Of a stretch of DNA of 64,000 nucleotides, positions 1-9,131 are shown piece after piece. The notes below the pieces were generated by a model. That model made no database searches. It saw only the letters and a list, made by a program, of their open reading frames with translations, and had not been told where the DNA came from. Both the position numbers and the translations under genes were made by a program. The DNA comes from a virus. The DNA lies in the IMG/VR virus record IMGVR_UViG_3300030108_005940, positions 64,001-128,000 of that record; one strand, 5' to 3'. The stretch's first letter is position 1. Each line of letters starts with the position of its first letter.

Positions 1-281
1 CAAAACAGATCGATAGTTCCATATCTTTTATCCTTAGCAAGAGTATTATCTGGGTAATCAATACCATCAATAGTATACCACTTCTTTTGCTTCTTTTTGG
101 TTTTTTCAATCCCCATTACCTTAAGAGTTTTTTTACCTAAGCCCTTTACCTTAAAAAGATCATCATTATTCCTAAAGGGTCTAAAACTTACTATACGTTT
201 AGCTGTCGTTCTGCCTACTCCAGGTAAGCTACGTAGCTCTTTATCATTCATCTTATTAAAATCCTTATAATTCAGCTTCAT
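1..281 (-). CDS. ComEA-like helix-hairpin-helix DNA-binding protein (runs off window edge; not in ORF track)
   Basis: Manual translation from ATG at 281: MKLNYKDFNKMNDKELRSLPGVGRTTAKRIVSFRPFRNNDDLFKVKGLGKKTL..., with tandem HhH motifs (LPGVG, VKGLG). Confidence 0.8.
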   Translation of the reverse strand, partial: MKLNYKDFNKMNDKELRSLPGVGRTTAKRIVSFRPFRNNDDLFKVKGLGKKTLKVMGIEKTKKKQKKWYTIDGIDYPDNTLAKDKRYGTIDLF

Positions 282-284
282 AGG

Positions 285-292
285 TATAAATA
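285..292 (+). promoter_or_regulatory. T4-type late promoter TATAAATA, 6 nt before ATG 299
   Basis: Exact match to the T4 gp55 consensus. Confidence 0.7.
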
Positions 293-298
293 TATTAT

Positions 299-1810
299 AT
301 GAGTTCCTTTGACTATACCGATAATTTTAACGGCTTTAATGATTTATTCAACAGGGTAGATTTACTTAACGAAGCTAAAAAATCTCCTTATGAAAAGTAC
401 CACCCTTCCTTCGGTGGTGTTACTAAAGATTTAAGATCTGCTGGTTTTAGTTCTGCTCCATTAGATACAATTAATTTTATTAGGACAGCGTTGTATAATT
501 TAGAATTAATTAGTGATGAAGAACTTGCAGCTGCTAAAAAAGGAGCTGGATTTGCTGCTAAAAAGAAAAATCTTTTAGCTTTGCTGGATGCTAAAGAAGA
601 TGTCATTGAAGCAAATAAAGATAAAATAGCAGAAGAGATTAAAGATGGTTTAGCTCGTTATATCAATAGAGCGACCGTTGATAGAGGTAAAGAAGAAAAA
701 TATGCAGCACAAAAAGCTGCTTTAGAGTTAGCTAAAGATATTAAAGCAGGTGAAGATATGGGAGACGCTGTTGAAGATGCTGTTGGTCAGATGAGTGAAG
801 GTGAAAAAGAGCTAGCACAGAGTATTGAAATTGCTAAGACAGATCCGACTACGTTTATTGAAATTAAAATTAGGGATGCAGATAAGATAGAAGAAGTTGG
901 AAGTATTGTTACTAAGTATGCTAACGAAGATGGGTTGGATATAAGCGGTGATACTGTACAGTTTTCGGTTGATCCGGATACACCACTAGCTGCAGCAGTT
1001 ACAAAGCATGGAGTTGATAGAATTGAAGCAGCTCTTAAGAGGGATGTGGATGCAATTAGTGATAGTGTTGTTGTAGTTATGTCACCTGAGGAAGATTACG
1101 AGCAAGATTTATATGGTACAGAAGGTGCAGAGAGTTATGCTGCTAACGAAGAGGGTAATGGAATTACTGAAGTAGAAGATGCAGAAGATCTTAGTGCTAA
1201 GAAAGCTAGAGCAGGAAAAGATATCGGAAAACCTGGAAAGAATTTTGCTAAAATAGCAAAAAGCGCAGGCAAAAAGTATGGTTCAAAGGAAGCAGGTGAT
1301 AGAGTAGCGGGAGCTGTGCTAGCTAAGATGAGAGGTAATTACGAAGGTGAAGAAGTAATGGTTGGTGCAGAAGTTATGTGGGACGGTCTACAAAAAAGCG
1401 GAGTAGTAGATGAGGTGGATTTTGAAAACAACGTTGCGATTGTAGTAGATCAAGATGGAGAAGATCATGTTGTACGGTTAGGTGACTTTGATGTTATTAA
1501 TTCGGTTGAAGATAATGAACTTGATGATTTCTTAACTCATGAACACCCTGAAGAACATATGCCTGATGATTATGAAGAGGTATTAGATGCTCTTGTTGAT
1601 GATGATAAAAAGAAGCATGCAATGAAGAAGCTTAACGGTGAAGATGAAGAAGAACTTCAAGTTGAAAATACTACTGCAGCTTACTTAACTGAACAAAAGG
1701 AAAGTGATAAGCGTAATAAAAAGACAGTAGTTAAAAATCAATCATTCAAAGAAAGATACGAGCCTAAAACATCTTGGCAGTTAGAAGAGCTTAGAAAATA
1801 CGGTCTTTAA
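299..1810 (+). CDS. Acidic modular protein, putative internal head polyprotein
   Basis: Late promoter; modules (basic DLSAKKARAGKDIGKPGKNF..., SH3/Tudor-like VMVGAEVMW...) separated by E-D/G-x-E linkers. Confidence 0.5.
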   Translation: MSSFDYTDNFNGFNDLFNRVDLLNEAKKSPYEKYHPSFGGVTKDLRSAGFSSAPLDTINFIRTALYNLELISDEELAAAKKGAGFAAKKKNLLALLDAKEDVIEANKDKIAEEIKDGLARYINRATVDRGKEEKYAAQKAALELAKDIKAGEDMGDAVEDAVGQMSEGEKELAQSIEIAKTDPTTFIEIKIRDADKIEEVGSIVTKYANEDGLDISGDTVQFSVDPDTPLAAAVTKHGVDRIEAALKRDVDAISDSVVVVMSPEEDYEQDLYGTEGAESYAANEEGNGITEVEDAEDLSAKKARAGKDIGKPGKNFAKIAKSAGKKYGSKEAGDRVAGAVLAKMRGNYEGEEVMVGAEVMWDGLQKSGVVDEVDFENNVAIVVDQDGEDHVVRLGDFDVINSVEDNELDDFLTHEHPEEHMPDDYEEVLDALVDDDKKKHAMKKLNGEDEEELQVENTTAAYLTEQKESDKRNKKTVVKNQSFKERYEPKTSWQLEELRKYGL

Positions 1811-2562
1811 GCACATTTTTTACATTTGTTCTCATCATATAGTTTATCTATTTTATCTTGTTGAACATATGCTATTGGATCTCTATAACCTGCACTTACA
1901 AAACCTTTTACTCTCATACTACTTGACGGGGTAGTAGCATCTGCTAGTTTATCTTCTCTATCAGAATAACAAGTCCAAGTATCTCCAAACTTTACGCCTA
2001 ATCGAATACCTTCTTTAATAATTTCTTCTTTCGACATATCTAATAACGGCGCTTCTACTTTAATTCTATTCTCTCTATTAAGATCGGTTACATTATTAAT
2101 AGTATCAACAAACTCTTCACTACCGTCCCAGTAACCAGCAAGCGAATCAACTTGTGCTGCTCCATACCATACAGTATCGGCACCTACACTTTCTGCATAA
2201 GCAGAGCAAATAGATAAAAACATTAAGTTTCTAAACGGTACGTAAGATACAGGCTGCGCATCACCTGCCATTTCACTAATATCTGGGTTGTCGATATCGT
2301 TATTAGTTAAAGATGAAGTTGGAGCTATATCCTTAATATATTTTACATCTAAAACTTTATTAGTCACCTTTACGTTAAACCACCCAGAAAATTGTTCATT
2401 AACATTTCTAATTTGTTTATCAACACAAGATAATTCTCGTTTATGCCTTTGACCATAATCAAAGGTTATTGTATGTATTTCATTATAGCCTCTATCTTGT
2501 GCCATATACAAAAGCACAGATGAGTCCATTCCTCCACTAAGTGTTAGTACTAGCTTTTTCAT
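1807..2562 (-). CDS. queC: 7-cyano-7-deazaguanine synthase
   Basis: SGGMDS PP-loop, FDYGQRH, YVPFRN, TWTCY motifs. Confidence 0.92.
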   Translation of the reverse strand: MKKLVLTLSGGMDSSVLLYMAQDRGYNEIHTITFDYGQRHKRELSCVDKQIRNVNEQFSGWFNVKVTNKVLDVKYIKDIAPTSSLTNNDIDNPDISEMAGDAQPVSYVPFRNLMFLSICSAYAESVGADTVWYGAAQVDSLAGYWDGSEEFVDTINNVTDLNRENRIKVEAPLLDMSKEEIIKEGIRLGVKFGDTWTCYSDREDKLADATTPSSSMRVKGFVSAGYRDPIAYVQQDKIDKLYDENKCKKCA

Positions 2563-3667
2563 TATTAATTAAATCATCTAACGAATCAATTTCATCTGGA
2601 GTATCGTCTTCGTTATTACTATAAGACCATTCATTCTTAATCCGTTCTTCTACTTTAGGTAGAATAGTTTCTTCCCAGAGTTTAGTATCCTTTCTCCAAT
2701 TCTTATAATAACCTAACTTAGTACCATCTTCAAGCTGATATGTAGCTCCAGTTTGAACAACAGCACCAACACCAACAGCTAGGTCAACTAAACCGTAATA
2801 TCTATCAAGTCCAGAAGAGAAAGAAAGGTACATTTCACCTTCTAGATATTGTTTAATGAATCTATTTTTACGAGTTAACGCTCTAATAATAATACCAGAG
2901 TATTTCTTTTGACCAACCGCTAACTCACCATCAACAGTCTTTCCTCCATCTGATTTCATAGGCTTACGAGCTAACTGAACTGTTACAGATGGGAGATAAA
3001 CACATGATTTACCACCAGGCATATTTTTTTCTATAGAAGGAAACAAAGCAGTAGGGTCATCATAGACATGATTAGTACATAAAATGGTAGTTTGAGTTAC
3101 TGAACCTAAATTAGTACAGGTTTGCATTAAAGTTTTCATAGCTCGTGCCTTTGTACCCATATCTGATGAAGTACTATCTTTACTCATACGACTAAGCTCG
3201 AGTTCAGATTGAAGATTTGCAAGAGAGTCAATAGCTACAATGAACTTACCCTCAAGTCCTTTTTCTTTAACTGAAGTAAGGAACTTATACAGTGAATTTC
3301 TAGCTTGCTCAATACTTGTACAAGGAACATACTTTACTTTACTAATATCTAAACCTAATCTTTCAGCTCCATCCGGATCAATGGCGTTCTCTGTATCAAA
3401 TATCACCGGAATGAGGCCATCTTCTTGAGCTTTTGCTAATATTTTTTGAACAAATAAAGACTTACCAGTCATAGATTCGCCAGCTAACATAGTTACTCTA
3501 CCTTTTGGTATACCACCGTTAATTGATCCAGAAATAATAGCGTTTAATACGTAAGAACCAGTATCGATCCACTCACCAACACGACTAAGGGTATTACTAT
3601 TTAAATAAGTAGCAAACGGGTTAACTTTATCTATATCATCTAATGCACTAGCAATGTCTTTATCCAT
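2537..3667 (-). CDS. uvsX: RecA-like recombinase UvsX
   Basis: IDTGSY-LN, Walker A AGESMTGKS, FDTENA, IDSL, NHVY, GG motifs. Confidence 0.92.
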   Translation of the reverse strand: MDKDIASALDDIDKVNPFATYLNSNTLSRVGEWIDTGSYVLNAIISGSINGGIPKGRVTMLAGESMTGKSLFVQKILAKAQEDGLIPVIFDTENAIDPDGAERLGLDISKVKYVPCTSIEQARNSLYKFLTSVKEKGLEGKFIVAIDSLANLQSELELSRMSKDSTSSDMGTKARAMKTLMQTCTNLGSVTQTTILCTNHVYDDPTALFPSIEKNMPGGKSCVYLPSVTVQLARKPMKSDGGKTVDGELAVGQKKYSGIIIRALTRKNRFIKQYLEGEMYLSFSSGLDRYYGLVDLAVGVGAVVQTGATYQLEDGTKLGYYKNWRKDTKLWEETILPKVEERIKNEWSYSNNEDDTPDEIDSLDDLINNEKASTNT

Positions 3668-3674
3668 ATATACG

Positions 3675-3702
3675 ATTATATTTTCGTATATATGTTTTTC
3701 AA
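3675..3702 (-). promoter_or_regulatory. Sigma70-type promoter TTGAAA-N16-TATAAT, 7 nt before the uvsX ATG (leaderless)
   Basis: On the plus strand: attata 3675-3680 and tttcaa 3697-3702. Confidence 0.7.
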
Positions 3703-3993
3703 CTGTCTAATTTGCTCTAATAGATGTAAAACATTGGTTCCGCGAATTTTATCTGTTTGTATTGTCATGGGGTAGTTTAATTCTGTATCAATTCGAATAC
3801 CCTCTACATCACATTCCGGTGTAACCATATCATCTACAAAGTCATATAAGCCATGGCTTTTAAGATTTTTATAATGATAATCTATTAAAGGTTTACTAGT
3901 CTCAACCACTACATCTACTTCTGCTACCATTGTTAAATATCTAAAATATAACCCTTCATTTGTAGTTAAATCAGCTATAACAATTAAATTCAC
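3676..3993 (-). CDS. Hypothetical protein (late promoter TATAAATA 5 nt upstream of GTG)
   Basis: ORF track; tatttata at 3999-4006. Confidence 0.6.
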   Translation of the reverse strand: MNLIVIADLTTNEGLYFRYLTMVAEVDVVVETSKPLIDYHYKNLKSHGLYDFVDDMVTPECDVEGIRIDTELNYPMTIQTDKIRGTNVLHLLEQIRQLKNIYTKI

Positions 3994-4022
3994 ATAATTA
4001 TTTATAGATTATAATCGGAGAT

Positions 4023-4057
4023 AAAAAAAGCCTCGGTAATTAATTACCGAGGCTTTT
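4023..4057 (-). terminator. Intrinsic terminator after Hsp20 (perfect palindrome, possibly bidirectional)
   Basis: aaaagcctcggtaattaattaccgaggctttt (4026-4057) with an A7 tract on the plus strand. Confidence 0.85.
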
Positions 4058-4075
4058 AGGTTAAGTTTTATATTA

Positions 4076-4486
4076 TTAAACAGTATACGTTTTAATATAC
4101 TCTTCTTTTTTCCTACGTGGAACATCTACTTCAAGAACTCCATTAACGTAAGTAAAATTAATCTTATTAAGATCAAATTCTCTTCCTACTGAAAACGACC
4201 TATTATAGGTTTGTTCTTTTTCACCATCATGGGCTTTTACTTTACGCTTAGCTTTAATATAAACTTCGCGTTGATCTGTGTCTGTAGAAAGATCTAGATC
4301 TTCTTTTGTAACACCTGGTAGGTCAATTTGAACGCTTAATGTATCTTCGTCAGATGCAAAACGAACTTGATCTCCAGTTTTATATACTTCTTCCAGTTGG
4401 TGGAAGACTGGTGTTAAGTTAAAGAAGCCATCAAAGGCTCTTTCAATTTCTGCGATTGGGTTGTGTGTGTATTTAGTTAGTTTCAT
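4076..4486 (-). CDS. Hsp20/alpha-crystallin small heat shock protein
   Basis: IDLPGVTKEDL, RSFSV, YVNGVLEVDVPR motifs. Confidence 0.9.
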   Translation of the reverse strand: MKLTKYTHNPIAEIERAFDGFFNLTPVFHQLEEVYKTGDQVRFASDEDTLSVQIDLPGVTKEDLDLSTDTDQREVYIKAKRKVKAHDGEKEQTYNRSFSVGREFDLNKINFTYVNGVLEVDVPRRKKEEYIKTYTV

Positions 4487-4526
4487 AGTAAAATTATTTA
4501 TTACACTACCACGCCTTTAACCACTA

Positions 4527-4928
4527 CTAGGTAGCAGCAACAACGGGTGTTTCTTCCTCTTCGTCATCAAATAATTGAATGACTTCCGGTTCGGTTTGAG
4601 CTGTACCTTCTTGAATTGGTGGAGCGGGGTTGTTAATATTTTCATACTGCTGAATAATACGCTCATCTAGCTCAATGTCAGACGTACTAATTGCGGATTT
4701 TGAAAACGTCCAATTATTTTTATCTTTGTCTTTAAGGAACTCCATAAAGATATAAGGAAAGGATTGAACTTGAAGTTGACCAGATTGTTGATCTGGCTGT
4801 ACATGAATAATTACTGGATTATAAAGAGTAATTTCGTCTTTGGTATTTTTAACAACTCTACCGACAACGGTTCTACCGATATGATCAACAATAGTACTAA
4901 TTGGTTTTTCTTTTGGTTTATCTGCCAT
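4527..4928 (-). CDS. Hypothetical protein (possible Sm-like fold)
   Basis: ORF with TTGATT-N15-TAAAAT promoter 6 nt upstream. Confidence 0.6.
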   Translation of the reverse strand: MADKPKEKPISTIVDHIGRTVVGRVVKNTKDEITLYNPVIIHVQPDQQSGQLQVQSFPYIFMEFLKDKDKNNWTFSKSAISTSDIELDERIIQQYENINNPAPPIQEGTAQTEPEVIQLFDDEEEETPVVAAT

Positions 4929-4968
4929 AATATTATTTTAATTAAAAATTTTAATAATCAACTGCTTT

Positions 4969-5280
4969 CTACTGATAAGTTAAAGTATTTGCAATTTTTT
5001 TTGCTTCCTCAAGCGCTTCTTTAGCTTGTTTAGATAGATAAGTAGATTTATCTTGAGCATGGTGGAGTGCATCTCTTAAAATAAAAACTGACCTACGTAT
5101 CTTTTCAATTTCAGCTGAATTAATAGTTCCTTGTCCACTATCTGTACCGACAATTATATTTCTTAAAATAGCTAATGTTTCTAAAATACCTCTCGCTTTA
5201 CCTCTATTATAAGCTGGGTGCGCGTTTTTAGTATTATCATCTTCTGGTCTGTCTGTGTATCCACCGGGTTGTAATGCCAT
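4969..5280 (-). CDS. Hypothetical late protein
   Basis: ORF; TAAATA 5 nt upstream of ATG. Confidence 0.6.
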   Translation of the reverse strand: MALQPGGYTDRPEDDNTKNAHPAYNRGKARGILETLAILRNIIVGTDSGQGTINSAEIEKIRRSVFILRDALHHAQDKSTYLSKQAKEALEEAKKIANTLTYQ

Positions 5281-5288
5281 GTGTCTAT

Positions 5289-7862
5289 TTAGGCGAACAG
5301 GTCAAATAATTCAACTTGTACATTTTCAGCTGGTTTGCGAATATTCCAACCAACACAATCATAAAAACGCTCTATACCTTGAAAGAGAATCTTTTCAAAC
5401 ATTTTATCATAATCGATTTTAAAAACGTCCTTAAATTCTTTCGGGTAGTCATACTTAAAACCAATACTATCTAACCCATACTTGTTAGGTTTTTCAACAT
5501 ACATATATCTCACTTTATCACCTGAGCTTAAATCCTCGTACCTATTTCCAGTATTAAGCTTATCTAATAGTAAATTATAAAAATATGCTGACTTAACATG
5601 TATAGGCATACTCTTTACAGTATTAAATTCATTACATTGAGTAGCGTATTTTTCATATCCTTTAACTCCCATCACAAAAGCTAATTCTTCCGGATTCAAA
5701 CTTTTAAATATATCATAAGTTTCATTAAGAACTTTGTTAGTTTTCGTCAAAGATTGAGTACTAAGCATAGTTTCAATTATCTTTTTTGCATAAGGCTTAA
5801 TTGCATTAGGCATAGTTGTTCTTACTACCTCAACTCCAGTATATTTGAATTTATTTTCTTTAATACCCTCGTCGTCCAATATATGCATTACATATCTTTT
5901 CTTCTGTAAGAACACACCTACATCGGCAATACACTCTCGTTTAAATACAAAACGACTATCTAATGATAATAGTGACTTCTTAGCCCACTCATCAACTCCT
6001 TTGTTGAGATAATCTTCAATCTCTTGAATTTTGTTATGTGTATCTTGATGTACATCGCTACCATCTAAAAAGTTTAAGCCCTTATCAACAAGAGGAGTAA
6101 TAGATACATAGGAAGAATCCGTATCGTTATATACAATACAACCTTCCAGTTCTCTATCTGATATATCCGGAACTTCATTTCTGATAAATTCCTTGATAAG
6201 CTCATTTGAATATTTAATAACTGCTTGACCGGTTAACGTTACAGAAGAAGCAATATCATCATCTCCAATAGGAGCATTTTTATTACCCATATAACCATAA
6301 CATGAGTTAATAAGAATCTTAATCACCATTTGCGATGTATTAAGTCTTTCTACTTCGTATTTTGCATCAATATATTCCGGAGTATTCTTTTTAAGTTTTT
6401 TAAGCTTAGTTTTAGCCTTAAACAGATCTTCTTTAATTTTAACGCGTTGATTATAATAATATTCTAAAAACTCGGGTATTATGCCTTTTTTCTTTTGCGT
6501 AAAAAGGAAGCCGGCTTTAGATAAGGAACATTGCTCATCTTTTAGAAATTTTACAAATGCTGGTTTATCTAATTCAAACACCTTACCACTAACATGCTGT
6601 ATTAATACCTTTTTATCTGTTGTAGTTTCAACTCTACCTACTTTAGTTTCAGGGGATGTATTTAAAGATATCATCACATTAGGGTACAGTGAGTTAGCAT
6701 CAAACGATACTACGTGATTCTTAAACCCTTGCTTAGGTTCTGCAACGTATGCTCCCGGGTTTTTACCTGTATCAGCATTACGTAAAAATGTAGCAATTAC
6801 CTCACCTCGTTGCCTTCCTCTAATACATAGAGCCCCGTTAATAACCTGGATGGTTCCCATCGCACCTTCAAGAGTAGTTAAACCAACATAGGATAATTTA
6901 CGCAATAGGGGTACATACTGAAGCTTTTCTTCTAGACGGACGAGAAGATTAACGTCTTGAATATTATAGTCAATAAATGTATCCCAGTCTTCTTCAGATA
7001 AGGTAGCAAGATTTGTATCTCCATAATCAATTTTACGTTGACCGAGTTCTACTTCACCAATAGCATCTAATTTATATGATTCTCTAAGTTTTAAGCAAAA
7101 CCTTTTATATACGTCGAGATAATCTAGACAAGCTACACCATCAATATAATATCGTTTTTGATCTTGACCGAATTTACCTTTAATTGATCTAAAATGCACT
7201 CTACCAAGCGGTGATAATCGATTAACATAATCTTCACCAAGTATACGTTCAATTCTATTAATAATATAAGGTATATCAAAAAACTCTGAGTTCCAACCGC
7301 TAAGAATATCTGGATAATCACTTTCTAAATATTCAATAAACTTAATAAACATCTCACGTTCATTCTCACAATAAACATAATTTAGATTACTAGCTCCTTT
7401 ACCGTTATATGGTTTAATACCAAACGTATGAAATTTTTTAGTAAAGTTATCATAACAAGTTATTACGTTTACAGTATGAGTTGGATCTTCCGGATTAGGA
7501 AAAGAGTCAGGCGAATAAGTCTCAATATCAAGTAAACATGTTTTTAATGGGTGTGTACTAAATTCAGCTGCTTCATTTTGCTCCCAATATAAGTCGAGTA
7601 AAAACTGCTGCGCAGGAGGCATATTTTCAAATACACGCTTAACATTAGATTCACGAACAAATCGCGATCGATCATAACTAGTATTAAACTTACGCTTCTT
7701 TAGCTTAGTACCATATATAGATGTTTTATCACCACCGTTATTTTCGAGATATAAATACGGCTCAAAAGAACATTCATGCATTACCCGCTTACCATCTGTA
7801 TCCCAAGTAAATAAATTTACGCAGCGATTACGACCATTATATACTACATTACGATAAGACAT
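5289..7862 (-). CDS. gp43: Family B DNA polymerase (T4 gp43-like)
   Basis: Exo motifs DIET, GWNSEFFDIPY, YNIQD; Pol motifs SFDANSLYP, KILINSCYG, YNDTDS, KKRY. Confidence 0.97.
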   Translation of the reverse strand: MSYRNVVYNGRNRCVNLFTWDTDGKRVMHECSFEPYLYLENNGGDKTSIYGTKLKKRKFNTSYDRSRFVRESNVKRVFENMPPAQQFLLDLYWEQNEAAEFSTHPLKTCLLDIETYSPDSFPNPEDPTHTVNVITCYDNFTKKFHTFGIKPYNGKGASNLNYVYCENEREMFIKFIEYLESDYPDILSGWNSEFFDIPYIINRIERILGEDYVNRLSPLGRVHFRSIKGKFGQDQKRYYIDGVACLDYLDVYKRFCLKLRESYKLDAIGEVELGQRKIDYGDTNLATLSEEDWDTFIDYNIQDVNLLVRLEEKLQYVPLLRKLSYVGLTTLEGAMGTIQVINGALCIRGRQRGEVIATFLRNADTGKNPGAYVAEPKQGFKNHVVSFDANSLYPNVMISLNTSPETKVGRVETTTDKKVLIQHVSGKVFELDKPAFVKFLKDEQCSLSKAGFLFTQKKKGIIPEFLEYYYNQRVKIKEDLFKAKTKLKKLKKNTPEYIDAKYEVERLNTSQMVIKILINSCYGYMGNKNAPIGDDDIASSVTLTGQAVIKYSNELIKEFIRNEVPDISDRELEGCIVYNDTDSSYVSITPLVDKGLNFLDGSDVHQDTHNKIQEIEDYLNKGVDEWAKKSLLSLDSRFVFKRECIADVGVFLQKKRYVMHILDDEGIKENKFKYTGVEVVRTTMPNAIKPYAKKIIETMLSTQSLTKTNKVLNETYDIFKSLNPEELAFVMGVKGYEKYATQCNEFNTVKSMPIHVKSAYFYNLLLDKLNTGNRYEDLSSGDKVRYMYVEKPNKYGLDSIGFKYDYPKEFKDVFKIDYDKMFEKILFQGIERFYDCVGWNIRKPAENVQVELFDLFA

Positions 7863-7887
7863 CTATCTTATTATAATAAGATAGTTC

Positions 7888-9114
7888 CTAATTCCACTGT
7901 TTTAAATGTACTCGATCAGTACTTCCCCATGGAGTAGTTAGTACCTCTAAATGTGATCCAATATTTTGGTCTAACTCTAAGATTCTCTTTTCACCTATAG
8001 CCCTTAACTTATGTACGTTTTGAAAATACTTGTTTTTCTTTTTGTAGTTTAGTATTTTCGCAATTTTTTCTTCAAATTCATTTATGTTACTAAAACGTAA
8101 ATTTAATGGAGTATTGCTATATGTTTCCATGTCCTGACATAAACAAGGTATACCCAAGATACAAGCTTCAATATATTTAATATCAGACTTAGCTCTGTTA
8201 AAATCATTTACCTGTAATGGCGCTACCATAAGTTGTGCATTAAGATTCGATATAAATTGCGGGTACCTTAAAAGAGTCTGCCATGGGTAAAATTCAATTT
8301 TTCTCTGTTGAACTAGATCTTGTAATTGTGGTGGAAATGCTCCAACGAAAATCCATTGATACTTATTAACGGTTTGTCTAATGAAGTCTCTTACTTCGGA
8401 TAAATCGTCTTTACCCCCGGTCTTATTATCAACATCATAATGAGCTCCAGATCCTGTATAAAGTATGCGAGGCTTTCTTTTATTTTCTTCGTATGCTCTG
8501 CGACGTGCATTAGGATTAAATAACTGACCCATCCACCCGTTTGGAATAAAATTTGGAACAACAGTTATCTTTTCTTGACCGGTCTTTTCTTGATATAACT
8601 TTCTCATAAAGTCACATGTAACAGTAACTTCATCTACTAAATTAATTATATCAATACAATTTTGACGAACTTCATCTGTGTCAAATGCAAATTTAAATTT
8701 ATTATAATCAGGTATTACTTCTCTAAATACAACATCATCTACCTCGTATACAATCTTAAATCCATGCTCTTGTTGTACTTGTTTTAAAAACTGTATAAAC
8801 TTCTTTTGCGGTGCTGATGCTTGTCTCTGTACCTTAATACATTTTACACCTGTATACCATTTCGGATCAGTAACCATGGCTGTAGTAGATTGAGACATAC
8901 CAGCGCCACTAGCATTTATAACAGCTTCAGGCCATAATATTCGCCAATGACCACAACCAGAATAATCTGCTAGATAATTAACAAACCTAGGTAATGTAGC
9001 CTCTCTCGGTACTGGTGCTGAGCCTGGTCCATGTACTACTGGTTTATGTAATTGTGGTGTTGGAGCTCCTATTGGAGAAGCAAACGGTTGTGGGTATGGA
9101 GATGCACCAATCAT
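7888..9114 (-). CDS. GT-B fold glycosyltransferase-like protein
   Basis: DYSGCGHWRI, YEVDD, FNRAKSDIKYIEACILGIP motifs typical of GT4-like phage glycosyltransferases. Confidence 0.7.
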   Translation of the reverse strand: MIGASPYPQPFASPIGAPTPQLHKPVVHGPGSAPVPREATLPRFVNYLADYSGCGHWRILWPEAVINASGAGMSQSTTAMVTDPKWYTGVKCIKVQRQASAPQKKFIQFLKQVQQEHGFKIVYEVDDVVFREVIPDYNKFKFAFDTDEVRQNCIDIINLVDEVTVTCDFMRKLYQEKTGQEKITVVPNFIPNGWMGQLFNPNARRRAYEENKRKPRILYTGSGAHYDVDNKTGGKDDLSEVRDFIRQTVNKYQWIFVGAFPPQLQDLVQQRKIEFYPWQTLLRYPQFISNLNAQLMVAPLQVNDFNRAKSDIKYIEACILGIPCLCQDMETYSNTPLNLRFSNINEFEEKIAKILNYKKKNKYFQNVHKLRAIGEKRILELDQNIGSHLEVLTTPWGSTDRVHLKQWN

Positions 9115-9131
9115 ATTATGTATTATATAGT

